Shown piece after piece: positions 1 to 12,746 of a stretch of DNA of 64,000 nucleotides (position 1 is the first letter of the stretch; each line of letters starts with the position of its first letter). The DNA comes from the human T2T-CHM13v2.0 reference genome, Homo sapiens. A program made the translations under genes and the position numbers. The DNA is taken from NCBI RefSeq assembly GCF_009914755.1, contig NC_060942.1. The stretch is one strand, 5' to 3'. The notes below the pieces were generated by a model that was given only the letters and a program-made list of their open reading frames with translations, was not told the DNA's origin and did no database searches.

Positions 1-87
1 GTTTAGAACAACCAAAGGGAAACAAGTGGTTGAATAGGAAGATTTTCAACTGTGTAGTGTAGGATGGCCTCCATAGTCCAAGGGGAA

Positions 88-636
88 TGTGATGGTTAAT
101 ATTAAATGTCAACTTAATTGGTTTGAAGGATGCAAAGTATTGTTCCTGGGTGTGTCTGTGAGGGTGTTGCCAAAGGAGATTAACATTTGAGTCAGTGGAT
201 TGGGAGAGGCAGACTCATCCTCAATCTGGGTGGGCACCATCTAATCAGCTGCCATCATGGCTAAAATAAAGCAGGCAGGAGAAGACGGAAAGAGCAGATT
301 TTCTGAGTCTTCCCATCTTCATTTTTCTCCCATGCTGAATGCTTCCTGCCCTCAAACATCAGACTCCAAGTTCTTCAGCTTTTGGACTCTCAGACTTACA
401 TTGGTGGTTTGCCAGGGGCTCTTGGGCCTTTGGCCAGAGACTGAAGACTGCACTGTCTGCTTCCCTACTTTTGAGGTTTTAGGACTTGGACTGGCTTCCC
501 TGCTACTCAGCTTGCAGATGGCCTATTGTGGAATTTCACCTTGTAATCATGCGAGTCAATTCTCTTTAATAAATTCCCTTTTATATATACATCTATCCTA
601 TTAGTTCTGTCCCTCTAGAAAACCCTGAGTAATACA
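88..636 (+). mobile_element. MLT2A-family (HERV-L) solo LTR, probably MLT2A2
   Basis: Begins TGTGATGGTTAAT and ends CCCTGAGTAATACA, 549 bp. AATAAA at 568-573. 5-bp flanks gggaa/gagaa (TSD with 1 mismatch). Confidence 0.85.
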
Positions 637-1036
637 GAGAACAACACAAAACAGGCCAAGACCTAAGCAGGCTTAACCCCTTCTCTTACCCAGAAAGTTG
701 CCCCAGAGACAACGCGGTTCCCACTAGCAGTACCTTCCCCTGCTGGGATTTCCCGTTTAGGATGTGCCTCTTGGTGCTAGAAGAACAGTCTGGGTTGGTG
801 TGGGCTCTTGCCAGCAGCCACCCACATCTCCTCACCCATGTGTCTCTTTCTCCCAAACCTCACTCTGGTGCCAACTGGTGAAACACACACATTCCCAAAT
901 TCAACGTCATGAGAAGCAACAGGAAGAATACAAACGTCCTCCTAAGAACCCAATTTGCAAGATCTTGAATGCTGACATAGGAGCTGGTACATTACTCATC
1001 TTGGGCAGACTTTATTTTTGTCACCACAACTTTCTC

Positions 1037-1393
1037 TGCTATGATTTGAATGGGTCCCCCAAAGTTCATGTGTTGGAAACTTAAACCCAACGCAACAGTG
1101 TGAAGAGGCAGGGCGTTTTAGCAGTGCTTATGTCATGAAGGCAAAGCCCATTACTGCTGTTATCATGGGAGTGGGTTCTTGGTAAAGGGACGTGTTCAGC
1201 CCCCTTCCCTTCTCTCTCAAACACACTCTTTGCATTTCTGTCATGGAATGTCTCAGCAAGAAGGCCCTCGCCAGATGCCAGCATCTAGATAGTGGACTTC
1301 CCAGCCTCTAGAACTATGAGAAATAAATTTCTTTTCAGTATAAATGACCCAGCCAGTGGTATTCTGTTATAGCAGCATGAAAAGGACTAGGAT
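1037..1393 (+). mobile_element. MaLR LTR (MST-like)
   Basis: tgctatgatttgaatg...cccccaaagttcatgtgttggaaac start; gacttcccagcctctagaact...gttatagcagca end. Confidence 0.8.
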
Positions 1394-1961
1394 GGTCCCC
1401 AAACCCTTTCAGATTATGTTTCCTTGGGCCTGTTAGAGGTAAAAAATGGGATTGTTTCAGAGATACCTGCCTGCTTCTCTAGCTTCACAAAGACCCAGAT
1501 ACAACTTTAAAAAGAACTGCTTACAAAAGCCTGGAAAACACAGGCCATCCTCTTCACCTGGGAGAAAAGGGAAAGGAGGGGAGAAATTGAGGGTGAAATG
1601 TGATTTTCCTTTCACTTATACACGGCGGGGAGGGGGGTGCGTTTTAAAAGGAAACTTTCATGAAGGGGAGAGGGGTCGGGGTGGCTTTCTCCAGCCCCTC
1701 ATTCTGTCACCCGCCAGGAACACTGAGTGTTCTGTAAGCTTTGCAGCAGGTTGGCTCCACCAGTGCACTTACGAAGACTTGGCACCCCAACTGTGAAAGG
1801 TTTCCAATTTTTGTACTAATTCATGTCATTTATACTTTCAGCATCATTGTAGATATTACTTCTCAAAAATGGTACCATCTCACTCAATATTTTCTTTTCA
1901 AAATAAGAGAGCTTCTGTGGAATCTCCTTTTAGGTATATACTACCATAAGATGGCTAGACA

Positions 1962-1962
<1 letters not shown>

Positions 1963-2016
<54 letters not shown>

Positions 2017-2081
2017 TGGATGGATGATGGATGGATGGATGGATGGATGGATGGATGGATGGATGGATGGATAGGTGGATA
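1963..2081. repeat. Compound tetranucleotide STR (TAGA)13 followed by (TGGA)n
   Basis: (TAGA)13 at 1963-2014, then interrupted TGGA with 11 perfect copies at 2028-2071. Confidence 0.97.
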
Positions 2082-4756
2082 GCTAAGATAACAGCTTCTC
2101 TCTCTAAAGCTAACACATTCCAGCTATTTCCTTAGAGCAAGTACCTAAACCTTCTGACTACTCATTAGTTGAAAATGGGCCCCCTGTTTTAATCTTCAGA
2201 CTCAGCTGTTCAATCAAGCTGGGGAGGAGATGACTGTATTGACAACTTCATCAGGAATCTCAGGCATATATGTTCCAAGGAAAATTCACATTAGAATTTA
2301 TTATGAGCCCATATGGACCCCTGGAAGCAGCAGCAGGAACAGCTGTCTTCTGAGGTCCTTGCCAATGGGCCCGAAAATCAGTTGCACCATTGACCTCAAG
2401 TAGAAATTTCCTCAGCCACCCTGCCGTGAACTTTCCAAGTTGCCATATGGTGCTTCCTGCTCTCCCATGAGCCCCTCCCATATGGTCCCCCTGTGGGGAG
2501 GTTACAGTCCCAGGAAGATTTGGAGAACAGAGTCCAAGGATGGATCCAAGAACAAAAGGTATGGCCAAGCTGCAGATGTGTGTACATACATTTCCAACAG
2601 GTTCCTCCACACAGCTCATGCTGGACCTAAAAGGATGTGTTTAGTCATCCCTCTCCTCGGTCCAGAAAGGATTTAAGATAGATGGCTATGTTACAGCCGT
2701 TGTTCGTGATTTAGGGGTAAATATATTTTCTCAATTATCCTCAAGAAGAAAAATAAAAAATCAAACCAAAGCAAAACAAAGTATCAAAGACTCGAAAGAG
2801 ATTTTAGCAAATTACTATCACAAATTTTACAAACCTGCTTTCTTTGCCTGACACATCTCAGTTTTTTTCCTATCCGTATCTGTAGAGTCTCAGAAAAAGG
2901 CTGCAGGGATCCAACGTCCTTCATCAATTACACTGCGACATATGCTGCAACAGCAACCACAGACTTACCCCATTTTTGTAGAGAGAGAAAGAGATTTTGA
3001 AGACATATCATTTGTCTCTACTTATATTTAGGTACACAGCCTACTTATCCTTGTTACCTGCTTTTCTTCCGCTCAAAAAAATGAAATAAAATAGGAATTA
3101 ATTACATCCAAAAAGGTGCAAAACAAAGAAAAAGCAATATCAGAAGTCAAGTCAAATTCTATCCAGACAACATGTGAGTAAATAGTGCCTTGAATTTTAA
3201 AACATTTTGAGAATGAGCAGTAGATTCAAATAATGGAATTTTCTTTTCAACTATGAGCATAGCATATCGTAGAAACTGGGTTTATTCAGGGTTATAGTCA
3301 CGAATACAAGTTCTATGTTCCTGACAACATGAAATCAAGCCTCTTACATGCACACAAATGTGAACGTGCCTCTGATGTTACTCCAAGATAGGTAGTGCAT
3401 ATTTTGGATGTAAGAGCAGAGTTGCTTCGCTTCCCAACTCACAGAACAGTTCTGTACTAAGGATATGAGCAAAAAATAAACTTGATTTTTATAGACGTGT
3501 TTTTTTCCAAGGCCTTGGCCCATAATCTTATTAAATTTAACAGTTCAAAATAAGTTTCCCTGGGAAACTTCAAAAACTGACTCATATCTTTGAAAACACT
3601 GACTTTTAAAATGTTTATTATCAAAAAAAGTCAGAAATTTCCAATACGGAAGATTACGACTTAAGAAGTAAACATTCACCCTTTATTCCCTCTCAGAAAC
3701 AATTGAATTGTAGTTTTGTGTATGTACCCTTTCAGGGTTTAAAATTTATAGAGATAGATATTTGTATAGCTACACACGCACCGACAGATGTACTGTTTTT
3801 TCTTTAACGAAAATGGAACTGGAATTTACCAACTGTTCTGCAGCTTGCTTTTTCCATGTAATGATCTATCCCGGACGTCTTTCAATTCCCATGTCCCCTT
3901 TCTCTTGGGAGGTCCCACTTTCCCACCCCTGGTGTGGCTGGGACAACAGCCCCTTGCTTACCCACCCCCTGTTGAGGGACAGTTAACAAGGGGTGGGTAG
4001 GCTGCTGATTGCTGTCGATTTTTAGTAATTGTGAGATCCAGCACTGAGTCTGCTGTGCGTGCGGCTTTCCTGACTTGGGCAAGTGTGTCTCTGGAATGGT
4101 GCTGAGTCCCTCAGTAAGGGACAGGATGAGCGTGGCACAACCCTGTGGACAAGGAGAGCCTTGCTGGCCTCAGGAGGTGGCTTCCAGCCTCAGATTCACA
4201 GTCACTGGGAGTGGGCCTCGAAGCTCCAGAAAAATGTTTCCAACTTTTTATTTTAAAACAGACAGATCGCTTTTCAAATAAAAGCTGACTTGGGCCACAT
4301 GTATCTAAGAACATTAGGAAAAATGTTCTGGCTGAAATAGGATGAGGGGGCTCAGGGACAGGCCTTAGTTTCCCCTTTTTTCCCCATGCGTGCTCAAACT
4401 CCTTGCACTCCAAGAAGTAAAGTTTAAAGCATCAGAGTGAGAACCAGCAGGAGACAACGACCTGTGAGACCGGGGGTAGAGCAAGGACCCTGTAAACAGG
4501 GCAGGGCAAACCGCAAATCACATCCTCCTGAGCCCTGCGGGCACACGGGGAGCCCCTTCTACAGGACAAACTTGGGCTTCAAATGGGAAAGAAGTCTGCA
4601 GAGCACAGACAGTACAGGGTGCAAGCAGCAGCGTGCGGAGGAGCAGTGTGAAAACTGTGCAGCCATCCTGAAATTATGAAAATTGTCACGATACCCCTCA
4701 TATTGTGTGCCTCTGCCCCGTTCCACCGTGTGCAGGCCTAGAAATCACCCGTGGGC

Positions 4757-5027
4757 AAGTCAGTTTCCCATCAGGAAGTCAGTCAGTTTCCCGTCAGGAA
4801 GTCAGTCAGTTTCCCATCAGGAAGTCAGTTTCCCATCAGGAAGTCAGTCAGTTTCCCATCAGGAAGTCAGTTTCCCATCAGGAAGTCAGTCAGTTTCCCG
4901 TCAGGAAGTCAGTCAGTTTCCCGTCAGGAAGTCAGTTTCCCATCAGGAAGTCAGTCAGTTTCCCATCAGGAAGTCAGTTTCCTGTCAGGAAGTCAGTTTC
5001 CCATCAGGAAGTCAGTTTCCCATCAGG
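4757..5027. repeat. Minisatellite, 13 units of 19 or 23 bp
   Basis: Units aagtcagtttcccatcagg (19 bp, x7) and aagtcagtcagtttcccrtcagg (23 bp, x6), 271 bp total. Confidence 0.97.
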
Positions 5028-6039
5028 GAGGGAACATTTTGATGACTGTTTTGAGCCTAGCAAGTCACCTTCCTGAGTTTCACAGATCTCAGGAGGAGAC
5101 ATTTGCAGCAGGTTCCTCATCTCAGTCAATAGCCACTGTGTTTATTGCACAGCTCCTCCAGGCCAGGCCTTGTGCCTGGTGGGAGAATATAAAAAGAAGC
5201 AAACAGACGTGGCTCCAGCCCTGGCGGGGCTTCTTACATAAGTGGTGACCGACTGTGCAGTGCTATGGAGGCAGCGTCAGGAGCTGAGGCCACCCTGGAG
5301 AGAGGGGCTAAGCCTGCAGCATGGGATAACTTCCCTGGGGAAGAGCCCAGGGAGGGGATGAAGAAGGTGGGTGGGGTGCAGGGTAGAAAGTGTAACATGG
5401 AGAGGGCTTGTCTCGGTCCAGTCCTGGGGCAATGGGAAAGTCACTGCTGAGGACTCACACTGTCCTCCGCTGACCATTTTTGATGTCTCTAGCCCTCCTC
5501 CCCGGGAATACCCCTCGGTTTACTCAATATCTCTGCTTCAGTGGTGGACAGACACCCACATTTGCCTTGCTGAAAACTCAGCGGGCTCCTGGTCTCCCCA
5601 GCGACACCAAGTCTCAATGAAGAACAACTGCATCTTCTCGCTCCAGTGGCCACAAAACATGGGGTGCTGCCGGGGTCCTTTCTCAGCCCACGCCTGGTCT
5701 GTCGGCAGATTCCATGCAGAGGCCGCCACTCCCCGACGGGGCCTCGCTGGGCCCAGCCATGCCCTGAGCTCCCACCAAAGCCTTCACCCTGGTCTTCCTG
5801 TTTTGCCTCCCCCAGGCCTGTTCTCGACACAGTCTCCAAACCCCCTCTCCACTTCCCACCCTCAGAATCAGAGCCCAGCCTGTGGGATGACCTCCCCTGA
5901 CCTCTTCATCAACCTCTGCTCATCTCTGGCCTCCAGAGAGCTCCTCTGCCACACCGCTCCCACCTCCACGGTCCAGCCTCACAGCCTTTGCCAGGCTCTG
6001 TCCCTACCCAGACGCTCTCCTCCCCGGACAATATCCCTA

Positions 6040-6284
6040 CGTGGCCACCAGGCTCTGCTTCCACCCAGAGTGCTCACCATGTTTTAGCTTAAGGTAAACA
6101 TAACTTGCTGTTTGCTGTATTTGTTATTTGTTATTTATTATCTGCCTTCAGCACACCCATCCCCATGCATCGGAATATCAGCTCTTTGAGGACATGGATT
6201 TTTGGCCTGTTTTGTTCATTGATCTGTCCCCAGGGTGCCGGGCACATTGTAGGTGTTCAATAAAAATGTGTGGAAGGAATGAAT
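6040..6284 (+). mobile_element. L2 3' end
   Basis: Typical L2 terminus: ...ttttgttcattgat...gggcacattgtaggtgttcaataaaaatgtgtggaaggaatgaat. Confidence 0.75.
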
Positions 6285-7213
6285 CAGGTTTGAAGGAGGG
6301 AAGGCTGTGAACAGAGCCTTGGACTTCTCCACCTAAGAGCGGGTTTGTGGAGGCTGCTGACGAGGCTGCCACATTGATCCAGGTACCAGAGGAGAGTGGG
6401 GCTGGGCCAGGGTAGGTGGAGGTGAATGGATGGAGTGAACTGGAAAGCACTGATGGGCTTGTGGGGGAACTGGGGATGGGGGAAGAGATGGTGTTGATGG
6501 ACCCCCATTTCAGGATGGGGCACAGGGGTCTGAAAGCCCTGAGGAGCCCCTGGTCTGGGGAGCTGACACATTCCATTTTGGAGAACTGAGTTTGTGAAGC
6601 CTGTTAAGAACCAAACAAGAAGGAAGATTGATTCTTATGGAACTGGGGAGTGTGGATTGGGAAATAAAATTGTATTTGGCTTCACCTTGAACATGGAATA
6701 GGACTGCAGGGGCAGTGATGGGGAGAGAGCCCGGGGGTCTGTAGGTACCACTCGGATGGGCAGTGTCCACGCACCGTCAGCTTGGCGAGTGCTCACAGAC
6801 AAAGGGAAACAGATGACAACAATGTGTCATGAACTATACAATGACCTCAGATGCTAATGTTATTAGTTTCCCACCCAAATTCTGTAAAGGGCTGATTATT
6901 CTGGAACGCGTGACTGCGCTGTTGCTTTGGTGCTAGGTAAAACTCATAGTTTCCTATTTTTGGTGACTCTCCACCAGTAGCAATTTTGAAAAGTAGGTTT
7001 CCTTTGTTTTCCCACAGACAGAAAACCTTCAGTGACTTGGGCAGAGTGTCGCTTAAGTGAAATGGGTGCCAGTCCTGTTAGGAAGGGTAAACAGGTCTGT
7101 ATCGTTCATGATGTGGGAAGGAGAGAGGCAGAATGAGGCGGCGGCCATTGATTCATGGAATCCCTGACGGTGCTAGAGCCATAGAGGCAAGCGGCAGTTC
7201 TGAACTAGATTCC

Positions 7214-7523
7214 TGGTGTGTGTGTGCACGTGTGAGCGGACATGGGAGCGAGGATGCGTGCATGAGTGTGATGGTGTGTGTGCACGTGTGAGCGCGCACG
7301 TGGGAGTGAGGATGCGTGCATGAGTGTGATGGTGTGTGTGCATGTGTTAGCATGCGCGTGGGAGCGAGGATGTGTGCATGATTATGATGGTGTCTGTGCG
7401 TGTGTGAGCATGCGTGTGAGAAGGAGGATGCGTGCATGAGTGTGATGGTGTGTGTGCATGTGTGGGCTTGCACGAGTGTGTGTGCATGTGTGCATGTACA
7501 AATGTGCACGTGAGTGTGTGTGT
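7214..7523. repeat. GT-rich 58-bp minisatellite (about 4.4 copies) with degenerate GT tail
   Basis: gaggatg recurs at 7250, 7308, 7366 and 7424 (58-bp period). Confidence 0.9.
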
Positions 7524-9294
7524 GTTGGGATTGGGGGTGGCTTCTTAACCAGAAGCAGTCAAACACAGGCCGCGGGTTTTCTGCTGGTGTCAGCAGAGAG
7601 GAAAATGATGCCCCGCAGGCTGGAGTGAGCACTTGGAGCTCTAAACCCAGCAGGAGCAAAGAGTGGGGAACCAGAGGCAGTTGCTACAGAAGCTGGCAGG
7701 CTGTTGCACCTTAACAGAGATGCTCTTGGAAAAAATGATGCCCTGGTCCAGCCCAGGCCTTGTGGTCCCACCACTGATCATGAACAAGAAAGAAGACCTC
7801 CTTGGTCAGAGTCTGGGAGAGTCGGCCTGCTCTTGGTGCCCATGGACCCAACCAAGCCAGTGTGCACACTCTTTCCCTTAGCAAACTGGATTATAAATAC
7901 CCCTCGGTGATCCAGATTACAGCACTTCTGAAGTTATGCTATTAAAGAAGCATTTAAGAATTTGGCTACTTTCCTTCCAAGAAACTGCATAAATTACATT
8001 ATTATGAAAGGCAGAACATCAGGATTTTTTTTCCAGGCTATAAATTGTTCTTAGTAGAGATGTTGCTTTTCTTCTCTGGGATTTCTGAGCCTCCACAGTG
8101 AATTAAAGTTCATAGCTCTTACAACTCAGGTAAACTATTTTAAGTTTTCATAAATAGGTTTGCCTGTTTGCCCTTTTCACACTAGCTATGTTAGCTAAAG
8201 CCTCTTGTTCTAAATGTTTGTGACGTTGCTGGCTAATGAGTTCAAGGGCATTGATTTTTCTTTCAAAGACAGCATCTTCCCTAATTATACTTCCCTGGCA
8301 TGCAGCATGGCTCCCACCTGCCTCAGACCCTCCACACAGAACCTGGGAGCTGTGACCCTCTCAGATCAGGGGCAGAGTCTCTATCAGGTAAGCCAAGGCC
8401 CCTCCCACAACTGTACCCTGGTCCATCTCATGTATTAAGGCCTTAGCCTACAGTCCTCCCTCCCTGAGCCTATCTGGGAACATCTTTCTAAACTCGCTTG
8501 GAGTGATGAAGCTTTGTTATCGCAGTGGGACAAACCGACCTCCTGCCCATCTCCTGTGGAGAAGGATGAGCGGCCAAGGTGGCCAAACAGGGAGGTGAGG
8601 GAGAGAGAAATGAACTTAGAGACTGCAGGCTGGCAGGGCCGCTTCTGCAGGGAAACCCTCCATCCTGCTGCCCAGCTTGCCCAGGGACAACTGGCTCTTG
8701 CCCACAGGGCAAATGACGTCTACAACAACCAAGCTGCTGCCTCCTCCACTCCAGAGGAACTGCAGGCTTTGCCCGTCTGCTAACCTCAGCTGCTCGAGGT
8801 CAAGCAGGAGCCAGGAGCTCTTGCATTGACTCAGTTCTCAGCTGCACAGCCAGAAGGTTCTCTGCAGTCCACAGCTCCACAGCAGAGCCCACCATTCTCA
8901 GGCAGGGAAGCTCGGTAAGTTCTTAGACAGGTGATACGCATCAGAATCACGTGTGGAATGTGATAGAAAGACATGTACCAGGCTCCCCACCCCTGAGGCT
9001 TTCTTTCCTGAGACAGGAGGTGGGGCCCAAACTCTGCTGGCTGAGGAGGCTCCTGTGTCAGCTGGAGCCCGTGTTTGGATTCCCCTGTGTGATGTGGCTT
9101 CCAGAGGGCTGGGGATGGGGCTGTCGCTGCAGCATTAGATCACTGAACAGAGTCTGTTCCAAGAAAGGAGTTCAAGGGTGCTGTGAGAAGGGGTTAGGAA
9201 GAGAAGCGGGAGAGACTACTTCCTACATCAAAGCCAACCTTGTGGTTTAAAATAGTCAGTACTCACCAGTTACTGATCTCTCTTGATATGTCCA

Positions 9295-9841
<547 letters not shown>

Positions 9842-9966
9842 TGAGCCCAGAGTAACCCAAGGAAGAGGCAGGAGAAGCAGAGAAGGGTGGGTGAGCTTCT
9901 GGAGCACAGAGACTTCCAAAGACAGGAAGAAAGTGCTCTGCTTGTGAGCTCCTGGACTCCTGGCCA

Positions 9967-11019
9967 TGTATGGCAGGTGCACTTGACAGTGATAACTTAA
10001 GCACACCCTCAGAATGGCCATGTATGCATGATTCCTTAGCTCCGTTCAGAGCCAAGGAATCTGGGAGTGGCCATCCTGGAGATTCATTCCTTATCTCAGA
10101 GGAACATCTGAGCCCCCAGCCCACATCACAGAATGCGAGCAGTACCAAGGATAGAGGCCCTTTGTTTTGGGTTAAATGAAGGTTGCCGGGTGGAGGTTGT
10201 TCCTGGGAGGGCGCTCAGTGAAGGTGCTATATAAACTGCATGCCTTTTGCAAGCGACTGCAGTTCTCCTGTCCAGCCCAGCACTGCTGGATCATTCTGTA
10301 TAAAAGTTCCCCTCAATGAACTCTACGTCTTGTGTGCTGGCTCTGGGTCTTTTCTTCAGCCTCCCAAACCTGCTGATACATGAGTTAAGAAGAAGTTACT
10401 TAGGCAGATAGTGAAGGCAGGGAGTCCTCGGTAAGGCCTTTCTTTTTAATGACAAAGCAGCCCCAAATCATTTTCTAACAACGAGCAGCCTGTAAAGTCG
10501 AGCTGCAAACAGAGACAAGCAAGCTGGGAGTCTGTATGAGTGAATGCCGATGGGAGCAAGGGACTAGATATCTCCAGGGTAGCAACTCCATCTTCCCTTC
10601 TCTGCCAGCACGTGTACAGTAAAGAGCAGAAAAGATGGCCCCGATCCACTGGAAAGTCTATTTGCATAATAAGATTAGGGTGGGGTGACCAGCCTTCCCC
10701 ACTCACTATGTAAATGTCGTACCTGATCCAACCAATCTGTGAGGCCTCTGTAAATCAGACACCCCCTTCTTAAACCAGACTATAAAATCCAGCACATTGG
10801 CCACCAGCTGGTCCTTTCCACTTGGAGACCCCTTTCTCTGTGGAGAGAGCTATTTCTCTTTCTCTTCTGCCTATCAAACCTCTGCTCCTAAACTCCTCAT
10901 GTGTGTCCGTGTTCTAAATTTTCCTGGCGCACAACAAGGAACCCCAGGAACATAGATCTCAGACAATGTAGCTGCTTCACTGCCATCCCTACTGCAGTTA
11001 ATATGGGCCCAGCACCACA
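9967..11019 (+). mobile_element. ERVL-class solo LTR (tentatively LTR47-like), interrupted by a second LTR
   Basis: TG...CA termini with perfect 5-bp TSD ggcca at 9962-9966 and 11020-11024. Internal tatataaa. About 443 bp once the insert is removed. Confidence 0.75.
10374..10979 (+). mobile_element. ERV1 solo LTR, LTR9 family
   Basis: TGATACA...GCTTCA, 606 bp. 4-bp TSD ctgc at 10370-10373 and 10980-10983. CCAAT at 10732, TATAAAA at 10781. Confidence 0.8.
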
Positions 11020-11499
11020 GGCCACGTCAGCTGCTCAGACGAGACACTCAAAGTGGAGCCCAGCAAACGCCTTTCTCTGCTCTTCAAAGTGTCCTGTAGG
11101 ATTTCTTGAAAGGCTGAGCCTCAGCAACGTGCAAGAGTGAACTACGCCCCACTGGAAAAATACAAGGAGCAGAAGGAAGGCCAACCTTGGGAATCAAAAG
11201 CCCTCAGGGCAGGTTTCAGGATCCAAGAGTGGGGACAAATCGTTCCTGGGTATTCTCACTTCACAAAGCAAAAGCAGCTAGTCCAGCAGAGGGCATGGCC
11301 CAGGAGCAGACAGGTCCCTTGGGTGCATTTTAGAAAACAAGCATGAAAGCCCTTCGACTTGGGGGTGAAAAACAGGCAGGCAGCCTTTTACCCTAAAGTG
11401 TACTCAACAGTGAAAAAAAAATGTTTCTTAGCAAAGGGTAGCCAGCTTCAGTCATCTGTTTCCTCACTGACAGTGGCAGTCAATAATTACACAGGCCAT

Positions 11500-11810
11500 G
11501 CATTGGAAGAAAATATCTGCAGCATATATACTGGATTAATCATTTCTTGAAAAGACAGCCTAGTGAAAAATGAGCAAAGTATGTGCACACTTCACCAAAA
11601 AAGTACGCATGTAGCTAATACATGAGCACAGCCTCACCAGTGAGTGGAAATGTGAATTGATAAGATCTGTGTCTCCCCCTTCTATTAAATAGGCAGAAAC
11701 AGAATCAACCAATAATATCCAGTTTTTGTAAGGATATGAGAAAAGCATGTGGGCAGGGGGGTAAATTGGTGTAGTCTTCCTCAAGAAAAATTTGTCAACA
11801 CCTATCAAAG
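11500..11810 (+). mobile_element. Old L1 (L1M) fragment
   Basis: Degenerate similarity to the L1 ORF2 3' region (gaagaaaatatctgca...aaaatgagcaaag...acacttcacc). Confidence 0.45.
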
Positions 11811-11902
11811 TGTGCTGGGGCCCGGCAACAGAAGCTAGCTGAGGATGTCAATGTCGCTGATAGCAGCGTCCAGCTGGATGCACTCTCTGGTCGCCTTTCA
11901 TG

Positions 11903-12412
11903 CAGGGGTCCCCAACACCCGGCCATGGACGGGTACTGGTCTGTGCCCTATCAGGATCTGGGTTGCACAACAGGAGGTGAGCAGTGGATGAGTGAGTGAA
12001 GCTTCATCTGTATTTACCGCCCCTCCCCATGGCTCACATCACCACCTGAGCTCCGCCTCCTGTCAGAACAGCAGCAGCATTGGATTCTCACAGGACTGTG
12101 AACCCTACTGTGAACTGAACATGTGAGGGATCTAGGTTACATGCTCCTTATGAGAATCTAATGCCTGATGATCGGTCACTGTCTCCCATCACCCCCAGAT
12201 GGGACCATCTAGTTGCAGGAACACAAGCTCAGGGTTCCCACTGATTCTACATGATGGTGAGTTGTGTAATTATTTCATTACGCATTACAATGTAATAATA
12301 ATATAAATAAAGTACACAATAATCATCCCGAATCCACCCCCGCTACTCCATCTGTGGAAAAATTGTCTTCCATGAAACCAGTCTCTGATGCCAAAAGGGT
12401 TGGAGACCGCTG
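11903..12412 (+). mobile_element. MER1A-like hAT-Charlie DNA transposon
   Basis: TIRs caggggtccccaac / gttggagaccgctg, 510 bp. Degenerate 8-bp flanks ctttcatg / ctttaagt. Confidence 0.9.
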
Positions 12413-12624
12413 CTTTAAGTCAATAAGGAAAACCCGGATGAACCGTTTAGCCAAGACCAGCATCCACAGAGAGTGGCTCCAGGTGCAATGTCATGCAAAG
12501 CTAAAACCCACTGGGTCTTCTTGAGACAGTGCAGGTGTAGTGGGATTCAGACGCTGGTCCCCTACCTGGAGTCCTTCTCATTGGCATTTGTCCACTGCTA
12601 CCGAGGAACACTCCTGTGCTTGTT

Positions 12625-12746
12625 TCTGCAGCAGACACTGTGCCAAGGGCTTGGTACTCATCATCTCCTTAAATCCTCACAATAGGCTGTGATCGAGGTG
12701 ATTATGCCCATTTCAGAAGATAAGGAAGGGACTCTGAGAGGTAAGT
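12625..12746 (-). mobile_element. MIR fragment
   Basis: cactgtgccaag...aatcctcacaa...cccatttcagaagataaggaa. Confidence 0.65.

Noticed and set aside
4683-5248. Three overlapping repetitive ORFs and a CRISPR-like appearance
   Set aside because: The units are directly adjacent with no unique spacers and there are no cas genes. The ORFs exist only because the repeat lacks plus-strand stops.
5371-6087. 238-aa ORF
   Set aside because: Non-ATG start, low-complexity Pro/Ser content, no recognisable domain, runs into L2-derived sequence.
7153-7659. His/Thr-rich ORFs (also 15586-15864)
   Set aside because: Translation of CA/GT-rich repeats.
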